Assembly: GCA_002633005.1 (NCBI GenBank)
Contig: NMRA01000029.1
Location: 1,593,796 to 1,657,795, forward strand
DNA length: 64,000 bases
Reading direction: 5' to 3'
From: Phoronis australis
Taxonomy: Eukaryota > Animalia > Phoronida
Made by a program: the position numbers and the translations under genes. Positions 27,101 through 42,100 of this stretch are shown here, in pieces. How positions within the stretch are numbered: position 1 is the first letter of the stretch; each line of letters begins with the position of its first letter. The notes under the pieces are model-generated. The model was not told the DNA's origin and made no database searches. It was given only the letters and a program-made list of their open reading frames with translations.

Positions 27101-30100
27101 ACCATTGTTATGTGTGAAACTAGTCAAAAAGTTTCATTCTTGCATAAGATTTTTGACATAGTGAAGAGAAGGTCCATTGATGTGTGTTCTGCCAGGTCAT
27201 GCCAGTGAGACTGTTCTGTGCCTCCTCACCTGTTACTTTTCCACGTGTATACTACTTCCGGATCCGTAATGCCATGCTGTTTGGCTGACTCATCCAGAAA
27301 GTCAAACAAATATTTGATCGCTGGAGGGAGCTGCTGGTCCACTCGTAAAATACTTTGGATGAAGTCATCAACAAATTGTTGAAGGGTACCCTGCGAAACA
27401 TGATTAAATTAAAAAACTTACTGTTGCATCAGAATACCTCGGGCGGGCTACTAATCTCAAATAACCCCTCGGAGGTTTTCCATATCTGAGCACGTTCGAG
27501 ATTGAAAAAGAACACAAAATTGGGCTACTTTCAAAATGCTAATTAGCGGGTGATATTCAATGTCATAGTGCCTGTTTTTAATGACAATATCCAGTAATAT
27601 GCCAAGAAACCATGACACATGGGTTGAATGGACAATTAATCGATTGTTTGACATTTCCGAACATTAACCAGGATATTCTACATGACAATCCCATATGTAC
27701 AAAACGGCTACATTGTGCGTACAGTGGCACTTGCATTTAATTAAAAGCAGCAGCGACATCAAGAATTCACATGTGATCAAAGGTTAAATTGTACCATACT
27801 AACTTATACCAGCATGTAAGGGTCCAGAAATTGTTGGGCATCCGGACCAGTAAGTGCAGAAAAAAATATTCAAGTTCGCTATGAGTAGGCCTATGTCATA
27901 CCTTTGTAGAAAGAAGCCTGGTCAGAAATATTTCAGATATCACCCTAGACTCGTCCCTTTGCATCATGTCGTCCGTCTTCACTAAATGCCAGCATTTATT
28001 GCTTCTTTCTTCATTCATTGTGAGCGTCACCATATCGGCGTCAGAAACAGCTAGAAAGTAACAGTAGTGAAAATGTATATCCCTAGAACGCAAAATTACT
28101 CAAAATCGCCCACTTATACTGGAAATGAATCAGGTGGTCGACGGCGAATCTAGCGGCAGAAGATACCAATGAGCTTCCCAAGGTCCACAATTTAATGATC
28201 TGAAACAACCAAAATGATAGCTTCACGTATTTAAAACACGATTTTATTTTCAAAGTCCACAAATAACAAAACAATTTAATAAAGGTGTATTTTCACGTAT
28301 CGCGTTCAGGAAAGAAAGCCATGCTTACAGTGCGTAAATCATGGAAATTAATGATTAAAAATCACCAATCACTCAAAATCGAGCATATGCAGACTCATAC
28401 TATTAAATTCACCAAACCAAAGTTGTTTGCTTTCCAGATGTTTCATAGAGACATGCGGAATTTAAATTAATAAATGCAGGTTGTTACCAGTTTGCGTTTC
28501 TGCATTATTGCTGTGTTGTTTAGACACGACAGCAAATTGGGAGTTGTCGGGTACTTTGTAGTGTTTCAGCGTGTTTAGTTTCTTCCAGCCATCCTCAACA
28601 ACGGCTGTGACGTCATCGTCTGATAAAGTAAGATGTCCACCCCGACCGTGCCTCCATTCTGTAGGAAATATTTGAAGGTTTCATCAATATTTTGTCGATT
28701 AACTCATATGCGCAGGACCCATTATAATAATTTGAGCTCGATATCGAACTCAAAGTTATCTTTGACTATTCCATTTCATTTCAGCACGAACAAAGATCTA
28801 TGATTTTGTGCTCCAGTGCATTGATTGGACTCATTTCCTACTCATACTTTGCACCTGATGACTCGATCATTTAAGTTAGATTCTGAATTTTCAACTTTCG
28901 TGATTTTACTGAAGATTTACGTAGAATGTCCTGGTCATCTAGTTCGACTTTGGACAAGACATTCCAGAGTTTCGGCAATACTATACCCTAGCACATAAAA
29001 TCAACAGTATCTTGTGTGTTGTCATGGATAATTTCGAGTTTTAATTCAGTTTGAATGAAACGATTAAACCCGGACCCGGATGTTAATGAAGAAAAATATT
29101 TTGGGCACCGTTCCCCAGATATTAGGATCTCGTGAAAAGGAAAAATCACGAGTCTTCTCTGGATCTTGCCTCGGTCAGTTTATTCAAGTAAAGCACGTGA
29201 TCAAACTGATTAGCTCGAAAATGTGTTAGGTCTACCATACGAAACCCTGCTTTAAGTTAAGCGAGTGTTTTGTTTTGACATAGTATAGAACAAAATTTTA
29301 ATAAGTGTGAGACAACCTTTTAAAAATACAGTGCTAAAGTTGGCATTTCTGTAGCTGTGAACCAAAAAATAATACTTGAGAGAATCTCCTGTCTAAATGA
29401 TGCGATTACCTGTTTAGCACCTCTTACCAAGGTCGGTGTCCAGTGAAGAAATTCGCTCGGAATACGCGGTATTCTTGTAAATGGCGTCCAACAATTTCTC
29501 TTTAACTTGGGTTATTGTGTCACAATCAAGAACCTTCACATCCGGAATAGTGTCCTCATTGTCCAACATTATTTCTACAGACTAGGAAATAAGACGAAAG
29601 ATCATCATGCGCCCCTTGACCAGGGCTGCTCACCATAGGGTTATAGCCCCCCCCCTCCCCCCCACACACACTTACATGTATATGACAACCCGACTTCATT
29701 CAAAATGTACCTAGAATTCTGTTAAAAAACACGGATTTTGGAATACCGCAGTGATTTCTGGCAGATATACTTTAAATTATGGGGATTTCGTAGTCAGTCT
29801 TTTACAAACGTGGTAAGCAATTTTATGTTGTATCACGAGTGAACAATTAATGGTTCATAGTGATGAGGAAATTACAATTGCACATCAGTATCAAAGCTTA
29901 TTAAACCTTGTCACGTTGTGGAAGACCATAATGTTCAAATAAGATTATTGATCTAAGGAAGTACATCACAAAAAATCTCAGTCAATTTTAGAATTGACGA
30001 GACACGAGAAAGACAAATAATCTATACCCAGGAAAAACCTACCAGAGTGAGAGGCTCAATTTTCTCCAATAGAAGCCTGTTCTCAGCCAACGAGTATCGA

Positions 30101-33100
30101 GCGTCCCCTGTTATTGCATCAACGGGTCCCTTCTGTATCTGATGCTTCACCGACGTGAACATGATGAACAATGCCTGACCAGAGGACCCCTACAGTAAAG
30201 CAGTCAGTAACATTTGTACTACCTGCTACAACGTCACACATCCTCGACGCCTGAGGCCAGTTCCGTGAAAACAGACTTAAAATGATACCAAACGCGGTGT
30301 TAGCCAAATAATTTATATTAAAAATAGCGTTTTCGTCTAGATCTCTGAAAAAATAATGCTCTGTAACCTTCGACAGCAGTCAAATGTATCGAGCAAATTT
30401 GAAAATTTGTTAAAATTTCTGCTAAATCGGTAAGGGAGACCCACGCACGTTTCATGAATATTTTAGTGAAAGTCGACCGACCAAGAACAAAAATTCCTGT
30501 ATGTGACACATTTGGGTATGTTCACTCAAACCACCATCGAACAAACAAGGTGGAGTTCAGGTCAAATTGTCGTCTACTTGGAATGACAGTATACACGAGG
30601 TTGGTAAACGGACGATATCCCATGAGAAAGCAAGAGACGGCGGTAAACGCCAGTCTACAGCACCATCTTTCCTTTGAAGGGGCGTGATGCCTCCGAGGTT
30701 CTAGGTGTTTAATTATGTGAGCATTGTCTATCAGACCAGATTCAATTCGATTTTTCTATGCCCCACTTAACAATTGTTGACAAATCTTTTGCTAAGTAAT
30801 AATAAGCGTGTCAAAGTCTATAAATAATTTCTAGAATCCCCGGTAAAGTCACCATGATCCGATCCCCCACTGATCACATTATTCCTCTAAAAAGTGATGC
30901 AATCACACGGACTATTCTTTATGTATGAGAGACCTACATGTATTCAATACACAAGACCACGTCTAGTGTCAAGTGGCGCTTTCAACAAGAGACAGTTACG
31001 AATGTCAAGTTCGTTTGTTTTTTATAAGATAACAAAGGCATAAAGAAACACTTACCTGCATATACTCGTACATGCATATGGATAACCAGTGGGTCAACAT
31101 TTTCTCCACCACTGACTCCGTCCGTCGTAGTAACAGTTTGGCGCGCTTCTGCTCAACACATCGTTCAATAAGCTCTCCCAGCAAAGTCTTCAAAATCTCT
31201 GTTGCGTACTCCATTCGATCCGCCAGAACAACCATTAAAAGTGAAGCGACATTAGACTTGTCTCTGACACCGAACGTTTTTTGTTCTTCTAATGTCCGTA
31301 TCAATTTGAGGAGAAAATGGTTATTCAGTAGTAGCTGACCAAATTGGTCCATACCACGATATTTGGTTTGGTCTTCATCCTAAAATTAATTAGAATGACT
31401 AATTATACGAAATCCTAATCATCTGAATAATTTTTATTTCTTGAATGAAGAGATTGTATGGTCATGCCTAAACTTCCTCCTGGTATTATCGCAACGAGAA
31501 CTAGTAAGAAATGTTCAGCAAGTAAAGCCGAGATAGGAGCAGAAAGCAGCCTCAAGCACCGGGACATCATTGGTCCTACTTGCGCAGAGAAACGGGCTGG
31601 AAACGTTGACACGACAGAGTTAGTCATGTGTTGTCCAACATGTGAGAAGTCAAATGGTGCAACGGATTATAATAAAAAATAAAAGCGGTGCAGATGGGTA
31701 ACCTGGACAAGGTGAGAGACCCACAGCAGGGAGTTAATGCGGTCTGAATTACAGAGAATAGAATTTTTGAGAATAAAGTTTCTACTTAGGTCGGTGTACA
31801 ACCTGTTACAAACACTTTCTAACTTGTGCTGATGGCGTCTGACAGAGCAATCAGAGGCCACTATGTGAAGGAAGTGTAGTGTTGAGGCATGTGTCATAAT
31901 CCTGTTGTGTACCTGTCTCGCACGGTAGATACACAGGTTAATGGGACTGTGAGACATTCTGGAGAAGGCAAAAACTTACCAATCAACCTAGTGTGAGAAG
32001 CTTATCGTTCGACTGACCAACTTAAAAAACAATGTGAAGCTCCGCATCAATATTCAGGATTGTGTAGAATAAAAAGAGACGAAAGCAGATATTGAAAGAC
32101 GACTGACATTTGTCTTTTTTCCAGCAGGTAAAGGAAACAGCTTGTAAAGGTATTTTTAACTGGCTTATGGGAATAGGCGATTTCAAGAACATCTGAAAGG
32201 AAGAAGACGATTTATGCTGAGCTGAAATAGGAAGTCCAAACCAAGAGTTGGTTGTCATGGACTTTCCCTGACCAGGTTGGTACAGATCTCTGTATAGCAA
32301 CAAGCTGTAGTGCGGGCACCATGTTGGTTACGGTGGTGCACTGCAAGCATCTTCTGATGGGAAGTGGCTTGGCTTGTCACTGTCGGCTTACAACCAAGAT
32401 TCCGTATCAGGCTTAGGAATTGAAACGGCCGCCGGCGGGTGATGACAGGGGTAATGTTGTCAGATGATTATGCAAATAACATTGCTCTGTTCAAAATATA
32501 CCACTCTGATCAACGGAACCCTCTGTCCCGTTTATGTTCTCCTTATTCGGGGTGTGATTCATGTACATGTATATATTATCAGAAAAGAAAATTGATTTAA
32601 TTCTATAATGTTTACCGAAATTTTGTACAGATACGAGTCAACGCAGGCAGTCTGTATAGAGATAAACAATATCTCCGTGTATACTGGTTTAACCTAGGCC
32701 TCCTAATACAAAGAGGCAATGGAGAATGATCACTTAAAGCGAAGCTAAACTTTTGCATCCTGTCAAAAGAGAAGTTTTGATTTAGGTCACATACGATTGA
32801 CAAGTTGGTCTTGTCTTGCTCCTTACACAGATTGCAATTGATTTTTGGGCTCGATAGGATCTGAAAAGTTCCTTATTTTGTCACAGTGAGGTCGTAAAAT
32901 GCCACCTAACGTGACCTGAAAATTAAGGATCTTGGCTTAAAGAAATAACGACCTGTCAGTTACGATAGCTGCTTCATCAATAATATTTTACTTTTCTATT
33001 CAATTTTTTGCCGTTTTGAATTAACCGAAATTCATCATCAGTTTTGTTATGCCACCTTTTCAGGTATTTCAAACTTTGATTGGCCCAAACACATTTTCCG

Positions 33101-36100
33101 TACGATTTCTGTCTTATGGCAGTATTGTATTTCTCGTAGCTAACCTAGCATTTAGCTGTGAAGATGAAGGTCTACTTTATCCACATTTACCTTATGCAGA
33201 GCAGGGTGATTCGAATTTCCAGGAAATAGTACTTTGTCAATGTATGTTTTGAAGTCGAGGAATGGAATTCCAGAAGTCACAAGGTCACTTGTCAAGTCGC
33301 TCATGTCTGTCTGGAGCTCTGCGAAGGCTGCAACAAATATGGAACACTCTTAGCAATGAGCTGGATACACGTGTTTGAAAAGAGTAATCCAATTCAGAAG
33401 GTGTAGGTAAGTGCCAATACGATAAATTAATACAAAACTGTAACCGTAACGCTATGAACTTGAGGACGTCTTTCATAAAAGACACTGATTTTCAAACTTT
33501 GAAAATATACCATAATATCCTGGAAACTGACATTTTCATCATCCAATAACTTTTCACAAGTTAATGTCTCACTTTAAGCTACAACAAATGATATTGTGCC
33601 CGTTCTTGTGAGTTCTTTGTCAGAGCTACATGTTGAAATTTACATGTATCTCAGGCAGTAGGATCAACGTTAGATTCCCATGAACTTTTTCAGGGCTCTG
33701 AAAGCTGAACAATACGCTTCAATATCTTTACCAACTTGCACAACGACAGAATCGTGAATCTCTATTGCTTCTATGTCTAGCATCCTTACCCAGTCTACAT
33801 TCATCTCGGACATTACTCTCAAGTGTTTCCAATTGTATTTGCATCTTCTTATAGTTCCTCTGCTCCTTGTGGGATCTCCGGCGGAAGAACACGACGAGGA
33901 TGACGATGATGATCAACGGAACTGTTATACCGACCACAACGCCGCCAATGGTTCCAGGGCTAAGTCCATACGTATAGTAACGTACTTTGCCAACTACGAA
34001 CTCCAGGTTTCCAACGCGAACCTGTGCATATTTTAATTGTCGAGCTTCAAGCTGCTATCAATCCACGTTGAGTAAAATTACCAAACAAGAACCCAGGATC
34101 ATATCTCAATGATATCTGCATTACTTTATATAACTTTTTTGAAATGGAAACGGCGTTACCGCAGCAACAGTCAATGTAAAAGCAGGAGCCGGTCAATATG
34201 GGAAATTATTGACTCCAAAATGTTGTACTTCACAATCTGTACAAATCATGCAATAACGTTTGATAAAGACAATGCTTGGTGCATGAAATGACCAGTCCGG
34301 TAAGTTCGATTTTTTTCGAAAGCACTAACGAAACGCCACTGATCGTCTAAGATCAGAAATATCATTTAAATTGACTAGGAATGAAACATTAAGTTTTTAC
34401 TCAGGTGTGCACCTCAAATATAGGGCTCAAGTGCGAATTTCGATTGCATACCGTGTTGCTTGCGTAATCTAGCAGAGAATTGTCTTGAGTTCGCATGAAA
34501 GGTAAGAACAGAAAATATAACAAATATGTAAACGTTCGATTCCTAATTAAAATTTATATCTATATTCTCTTTTTAATCGTTAAATATCAGCTGCAACACC
34601 AGTGTTCAGCATATCCATTTTGTTTTATACAACGACTAAACATGTGACCACAGCCACCCTATTACGCTATAGCACCACGTTTTTTCTGTTGGTCCACACA
34701 AAACAAAACTCACGTTGATATCTTCTGAAATTGTCAAATGAGCTAAATCAAACCTAAAACATGTATGAAAGGACGCGTCGTTCTTCGTACCGTGACCGTT
34801 GGCAGCACATCATTACTCCATTGACCGTCTTTGTCGATACCCTGTGGCTGTTTCTCAGGAGCTGTGCAGACCATTTCCATTTTTGCCAATGCCGTGACAT
34901 TACAAGCATCATTTCCAATCCTAACAATGACTTCACCTTCAGAGGTGGCCAGGTTAAGGTTTTTTCCCTGAAATAATTCCCAAATATCACGAATTCAAAC
35001 GTGGTTGTGTGCGCTAGTTTTGCTCTTTCCAGTGACATGCTCGGCGAGGAAAGTTATTTTCTCAGTTGAATCCCAGTGCGACTTTGAATCGGGAATCGTT
35101 GCGGTCCCACTGAAGTGCTCTTCCGGCTGACTCAAGGCCCACTTGAAAAGGTGAGCAATTTTATACCTCTGGACAAAAAATATTTCTAGAGAAAACCAAA
35201 GTGTAGAGGCATGGCAATATTCCAGTGGTTTACTTTTTTGCAAATATTGATGGGGACCATTTTACGGTTTTACACGGGCTCTATTACACGATGAGTCTGT
35301 TTTTTCAATGAATACGTTAATCATACACGTACATGTAGGCAATATCCCGTATATTATTGGCTGATAACTTGCGCTCTTACCGTAATAATCAACTGTGACT
35401 CTTTTAATTCTTTAAATTTCTCTGAGAATTTGAAGAACTCAGGGTTGGCGACGAATGTCATAGAAGAGGATACATTAGGGAAATTATCTTCCATGTTTCT
35501 TACAGCTGTCACGTTGTCCATGATGAATCCAATCTTTAGATCATTGCCAGACGCGTCAGGCGGTACATTTGGACACAAGCAAATCATAAGAGTGTCGTTG
35601 TGACGGTGGCAAGCCTTTAAGACACGATGCAAGAGGTTAGTCAATGGTTAACTACAAAGTTACTTTCAAGGAAAAGGAAGACATGAGAAATGATGAAAAA
35701 ATGAAGGATGTTAGCTTTGCAAGCATGGGCTTCTGTTTGTCTACTTTCTTAATATAGGACACTTAGCACTACAAGCTCGGTCTCAGTTTGTTCCTTACTT
35801 AGAGTGGACGTAATTTATTGGTTTGGGATCAATTGATAATCAATAGCGGATTTGCAGCGACGCCATATTGAAATTAGGTTAAAATGGTGCATTGTGGGTG
35901 CTGTGGTCAAGATTCAGAAAGCGGCCATAGTAACAAGCATAATACGCGGTATGAGCGCGAAGAAAACTTATGGCGGATACATTTGTTGTAATCTTGGCTG
36001 CTTCAAAAACAACAGGAGAGATAAAAATCTGAATTTTTATGTGTTTCCTGCAAACCAAGAACTTCGTGAAAAATGGATAAACAACATTAGGAGAGCTGGG

Positions 36101-39100
36101 AGTAAGGGGAGATTTAGCGCATTCAAACCAACGCGGGGCCATCTAGTAGGCAACACTTAGCCCCTCGGTTGGCCATATAGGGGCTACAATATTTCCATTC
36201 GCTTTCTGTACTCATTTCGTTACTTCAGTGTATTTTAAACGGGCCGTGACCGGATTTGGGTTACCGATTTCGAGTTTTTACCTCGTCAAAAATACATTCT
36301 ATACTTAAAACTATCCGATCAAAAACGCTTACTTTCATCATTGGTTCTTTCTACTTTTATACATATCTTTGATGAAGCTTAGTTGTGAGAATTAAGTTGA
36401 CTTTGGCGAAGAATTACAACTCAACTTTTTTGATTGCCGTTAATTTTATCACCGCGTGCGCGATAACCACAAAGCATGTCACCTGAATCACGTGAGTTAG
36501 GCAAAGGTTAGCGCGAGACTGAGCGAAGCGCGTGACGCTAGCGTGCGACACTTGTAAAATAGCATGAGAAGGTATCGGGTGAAACTTGTAAGATGTGTGT
36601 CCCTTGGATTTTTTTTTTCGTCAACATGCGTAATTTCACGTAACTTCCTCAAAATGGCCCACCAGGTAACTGAGAGACAGATTTTCATCGATTTGTTGAA
36701 GTTTTGCTGACTAAATTGTATCCAGAGTCGTGGTATGTGTTAATTATAACTCCGTGTTCCTATATGTATTGATTTTATTTGCTGTATTTTGAAATGAGTA
36801 ACTTTTTGTGAGGATGTACTATCACCCCTGAATGCCTGCGGCATCCAGTGCGATGTAATTGCCTATGGACCATCGTGTGTGCAGCTAACATTTTCCTGGT
36901 GGAAAAAAGACGCATGAGAACAACATTCCGACGGAGTTTCCTCTTAAAATTAACGTCTCTAGCATATCCACGGCGAAAGCTACAAAAGTTTAGCAACCCA
37001 AGAACTCTCAACTTGTCTGAAACCGGAGGGGATTTCGAAATCAACGCCGATAGCCCCAATACTGAACATGACGACAGTCGTGCCCTCGGTCACACGGTCA
37101 CTGATCATAGCTTCGCTGTATTTACAAACGAGAGAGAGGACTTGCTTGGTATTATAAAGCAAAAAAATGAAACATGGTTTTTAGTTTGCAAATCACTCCA
37201 ACTGCACACACTATCCAGCCCCCTCAAGACAAGCCTGACCACAAGCTATCCCATGAGCCTTCGCGCAGGAAGTAACTCGCACATGCGCAATGCGTAGTTC
37301 GTTTGCGCTGCAAATCCGCTATTGCTTGTCATTTCATGCTGGATATATATGTACAGCCTCTACGCGGCAACGAAATGTCACATTATTCGCATCTCCGAAC
37401 TTATCTAATTTCTAGTTTTAGAAAGGACTAGGTCCAGTGAAGTAGTGGTAAATTAGAGATAAGTAGGCGCCCAAAGCCCACCGTATCCTTTTGAGCACTG
37501 GACGTACATGTAACTTACGGTGCGTAGGCGCTACGTTCAAATGCCACAATGTGGTTGGCGGCGCCTACGTGCGCCTACGCCCCGCTACAGCACTGACTAT
37601 TAATAATTAATTGCAGGCGGTCTGATACACGTTGTACCAGAGGTGCGCAGGCCGCGCATGTAGGCCCATTGCACTGATCACCTAGAACTACTTTTGTGCT
37701 TTATTAATATATAGTTAAAACCGAGCTGGGGAGCTACAAACCTGACTCAAGGGTCTAGCAGTGTGGCCCACAACCTCGAGAAAAGAACTTGGTCACCTAT
37801 TTTATCGCAAATGGCCACACTGCCTCCTCACAGCACTGACTTCGTCAAGACCACTAAATCGTCTAAATCAACATTTTTTTATGATTTGGAGGCAAAAACT
37901 ACATAGAAGTTTGAAAAGTTTTTCATTTCTTTCAAATGAATTCCACAACGAAATCCATATAACGTCAGCTTCACACACAATAACAAGTCATTGTCAACAA
38001 CGTTGAGACGTTCTGAGACCATCAAATTCGTGCGTTAAAAATCTGTGAACAGCTTATCAACGCATGCCATTTGCACTTCAGGTAATTACCAATATACAGT
38101 CGAACCCACGCGTTCAGACATAAATGTTTCTATAACTTGGCGCTTGCTTAACTCACCGCTTTCCATGAATTCCCGCCGTCATTTCTCACGAACAAAATTG
38201 GCTCCTGAATGGACGCGAAACTTGTTCCAGTAACTGTGATTTTTCTGCCTCCTCTGTGATAAAAATGAAATAGAAAGGATATGAGGATTTTGAAATGGGT
38301 GCACTGATGGATAACACGCGTATTGTAGATTAATAACAGAGACTGAACCCTTAAATCCTACAAAGACATCTGTAAACACGATACCCGGGATCGCGTCACA
38401 CTGCTAGTCCCAACTGAGGGAACAAATTCAGTCACGTCGTGATCTCACGCCATCAGATTAGCACATAACACCCATAACACCCATTTATTTGAAAGGAGTT
38501 TACGGAATTCCTGATTAGTCGACTACCATCGCCTTCGTCGTCTCAAGTTGCTCTTGGTCCATGCTACAAGAGGTATGCTGCTTCGGCACGGTCGTCACAA
38601 TTCTCTTATTGTCACCCATCCTTCAACTGCTGTTGAGCGCTCATTGAACCCGACAGCGACATCTGGGCTTGAATGTTTGTCCCGTCCGTTGCTTGACCAG
38701 CGTTTATAAGTTGCGGATCGTGATTCCTCCACTTCCCAGGTCCTTCCATTTCGTCTTGTTGCTATGAAAATCTCAAATCTTTTCCACAAACATCGGCCAT
38801 TTTACAATATGTCACATGTGTCTAGCAAAATACCTTATCTTCATTCTCGGGGAACTTCAAAATTGTCATATACAATGTATATACCATGTAGGAAGAGAAA
38901 AAAACAGCTTCTTATTTAATTTGAAATTTTCTAATCTAGTAAAATTTAAAAGATTTAACAGAATCACCTCGTAACAGCACAACAGCGAGGAAATTTGTTT
39001 ACTACTTATCCGAGGTCAAATGTTACGGAGCTGTCACTCGAAATCGAATCTCCCGCCGGGCACAGAGCAGCTCCGGATGTAGCCTCAGTCCATTCATTCA

Positions 39101-42100
39101 CCGAGCCACCATAATATAAAGTCAACGACGGGTATATATGATAGAACGATGCCGGGGAAAATAAAGACAAAACCTAGTTTTGATGCTAAGGGAGTTGTTT
39201 GTCTACATGCATGCCAGCGATTCAGAACGAATGCTACGTGTCGCCTCACGCCTCTGTGAGAAAGAAGATAAATCCTCATCCAAATTCCTTGATTTGATAG
39301 GTAATTTGACATTTCACTGCCTCGATCTCTTTTGTTTAATTTAGTCACAAATTTACCATTGATGCTTCCTAGGTTCGCTTGTTTTGTATCAGGAGCTTTC
39401 GAATTTTCGCCCATTTGAGTTATGCGCATTTATTAGCCTTTAACCTTTTTCTTAGTTCACCCTCTTCGCTGCTGAATAAATGAGTTTGAACCCCCGTCTT
39501 TGTCGATGGTTGACACTGTTGCCAGTCAGCCAGGACAAAGGTGTGATCAGCCACAAAAACTCCTCAGAAATTAAAGGCTGATGACGTGAAATATGCACCA
39601 AAAGCAACCAACAGTATTCGTCTAAGTAAAAAATACACAAGCAACACCCAATAAGATTGAAGTATGACAAATAAAGTTTGGCCTTAACAGACCCGCAAAG
39701 ACAATTTCGAACGGAATGGTATTTTGCCTTGAATAGTCAAGTTTTTGACCAACATGAAGGACAAAAAACGCGAATTCTGTCAACACCAGTCCCCTTATTT
39801 GGGCAAATGTCTGGACTAATGAAAAATCAATCGGACATTCTGAAAATAAATCAGGCCCAGCTCGATGGCAGACGCTTAACAAAATCTTTGAAATAGATAC
39901 CTTAGCAACAATTATTTGAATCAACTCTAGAGAAATGGTTACGTAAACATGCGTTACCTTAACGTCATATTTTAGTTGAAGGAAAATATTGCACGTGGCC
40001 TACCTAGAATTCTATGAAAGGGAAGAGTAAAATAAGAATATTCAATGAAAAGTTATTAATTGATGAACACCAAATTACGCTGTATCTGTTCTCGCTCTTA
40101 CTTCTGGCCACCTACAATCATTCAAATTACTGTGGGTACCAAAACTTTTTTCAAAAATGGATGAAGTCAGCATACGTACGCAACAAATGCTCTTAATGGT
40201 GCAATCGCTGAAATTGTAGGATCTTCCGTGAAGATATACGTCAGACGCTTTTCTCTCGTGACTTTATCTTCAAATTTCATTGATAACTTTGCTGCTTCCT
40301 CTTGCGTCTCAACACCATGTAACAAACACACGGTCCTGTTGTCTGCGCGTCTGAAATACCCAAGTAACAATGGATCACAGTAAATGGCACTTTAAGAACA
40401 TGTATTTGTATCTGTATTTTCATCACGGCTGAAGAACGTTTCCAAAAGTGTAGGCAAACTCCAGTGGCGAATCTTTGATACAGCGAAGCAGACTCACGGA
40501 GTCCCTGAACTTAAGGGAGCTCAACATTGTATCCATCTTTTTGGAATATGCCTTTCATATACCATACATATACACATGTATGTATGTACGCATATAAGTA
40601 TGTATGTATGTTTGTATATATGTGTGTATGTATATATGTATGTATGTATGTATGTACGTATGTATGTATGTATTTATCGTATTGTAGTCGTATGTATTTA
40701 TGGTCGTGACGAGTACATTTAATTCAAACAGCAATAAATATAACAGTGATAAGAAATATAAGTACCCAGCCCAGTTGGTCTTATAAGTCACTTTAACTAC
40801 ACAGCTCAGATGTACCATAAATGCGACAGTTTCTAAGTTCAAAAGCAGACTTGATATATTTGTGGAATTGCCTAAGGAAATACTGAAACAGCAGTTTTAA
40901 CGCATCTAGTCTTCTGAAATCTGCAAAGTTCAGGACTTCAAATGAAACATTATAAAGTAGAATAGAACAGCGTGAGCTAAAAAAGAACAATGAACACAAA
41001 ATGTAGCTCATCCTCCACAGAATCAGTGTCGCAACACAAGCAAAATATTTCTCTTTCTGGAGTGTTTACATAACGACCAGTTCCCAAGTGCAATGGGAGA
41101 TTTCCTGCTCTAAACTGGGTGAAAAGAGACCGCTCAGAACGAGAAAAATTGCGCTTCAGATAAAGTTCACCTAAAAACTCGTGCTTAAATAAAATGTAGG
41201 TTCTTACCTTGGCTTTTGTTACAACAGACTCAGTCCAAACATGCTTCGAGTATTCGAATAGATTTTTTTCTAGCATTTGCTATGTTATAAGTAGCCAAAT
41301 TGTGAAAACAGGATTGTGTGCCAATTTTATAAAAAATGATACCGTCTATCCAACTATTTCTACCAAGAGAGTACTCTCATCGAAATACATTTTTCAATAA
41401 CCTGTCATCACATGTGGTTACTAATTTGTTCCAAAGACGCAACATGTTCAATTAAAATCTGTTTCCGTTCGTGTCCCATCCCATGTCACCACCAACAGCA
41501 TGATCGGCTGTAAATCGGTTGACCCCTTGATAAAAACGTATTAGCTCTGTTTTGAATTATTTCATCATTACTAAAATTTTTGTAACCACAAGCAGATGAC
41601 CTCTAATCCAAATTTGGTGCCTCACGCGAATTAAATAATGTTTTAAATCTTTCGAATTCTACATTCTTTTTATCACGGAATGTTGAGCACATCTTCCCTA
41701 ACGCTCTACCAGAAGCTTTAGATAACGTATTCAAATTTTATTTGAAGTCAAGGTGATAATACAGAATACAGCCTAAATATTTTGTATGAGGATTTAAAAC
41801 ATTACTGATGACGCCGTTTAAAATAAATTCAAAATTGCTTCTAAGCATAGACTTATCTCGAAGATGGACAACGTTAGTTTTTGCATGTTTAAAACCATTC
41901 TCCACTTTTTGAATCACTTGTTTAAAATCTTCAACAAAAACTGCATGTCATTTTCATTTTCAGACAGAAATGCGATATCGTCGGCATAAAGAACTAAAAC
42001 ATTGTTTTTATGTATGTATGAATGTATGTATGTATGTATGTATATGTGCATCTATGTATGTATGTATGTATGTATGTGTATATGTATGCATGTATATGTG

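Noticed and set aside
30190-30222. Alternative upstream acceptor 33 nt before the exon starting at 30189
   Set aside because: The extension contains an in-frame TAG
38520-38800. GC-balanced, coding-looking stretch on minus starting aaaATGGCC
   Set aside because: Interrupted by stops and no recognisable domain; at most an unidentified TE remnant
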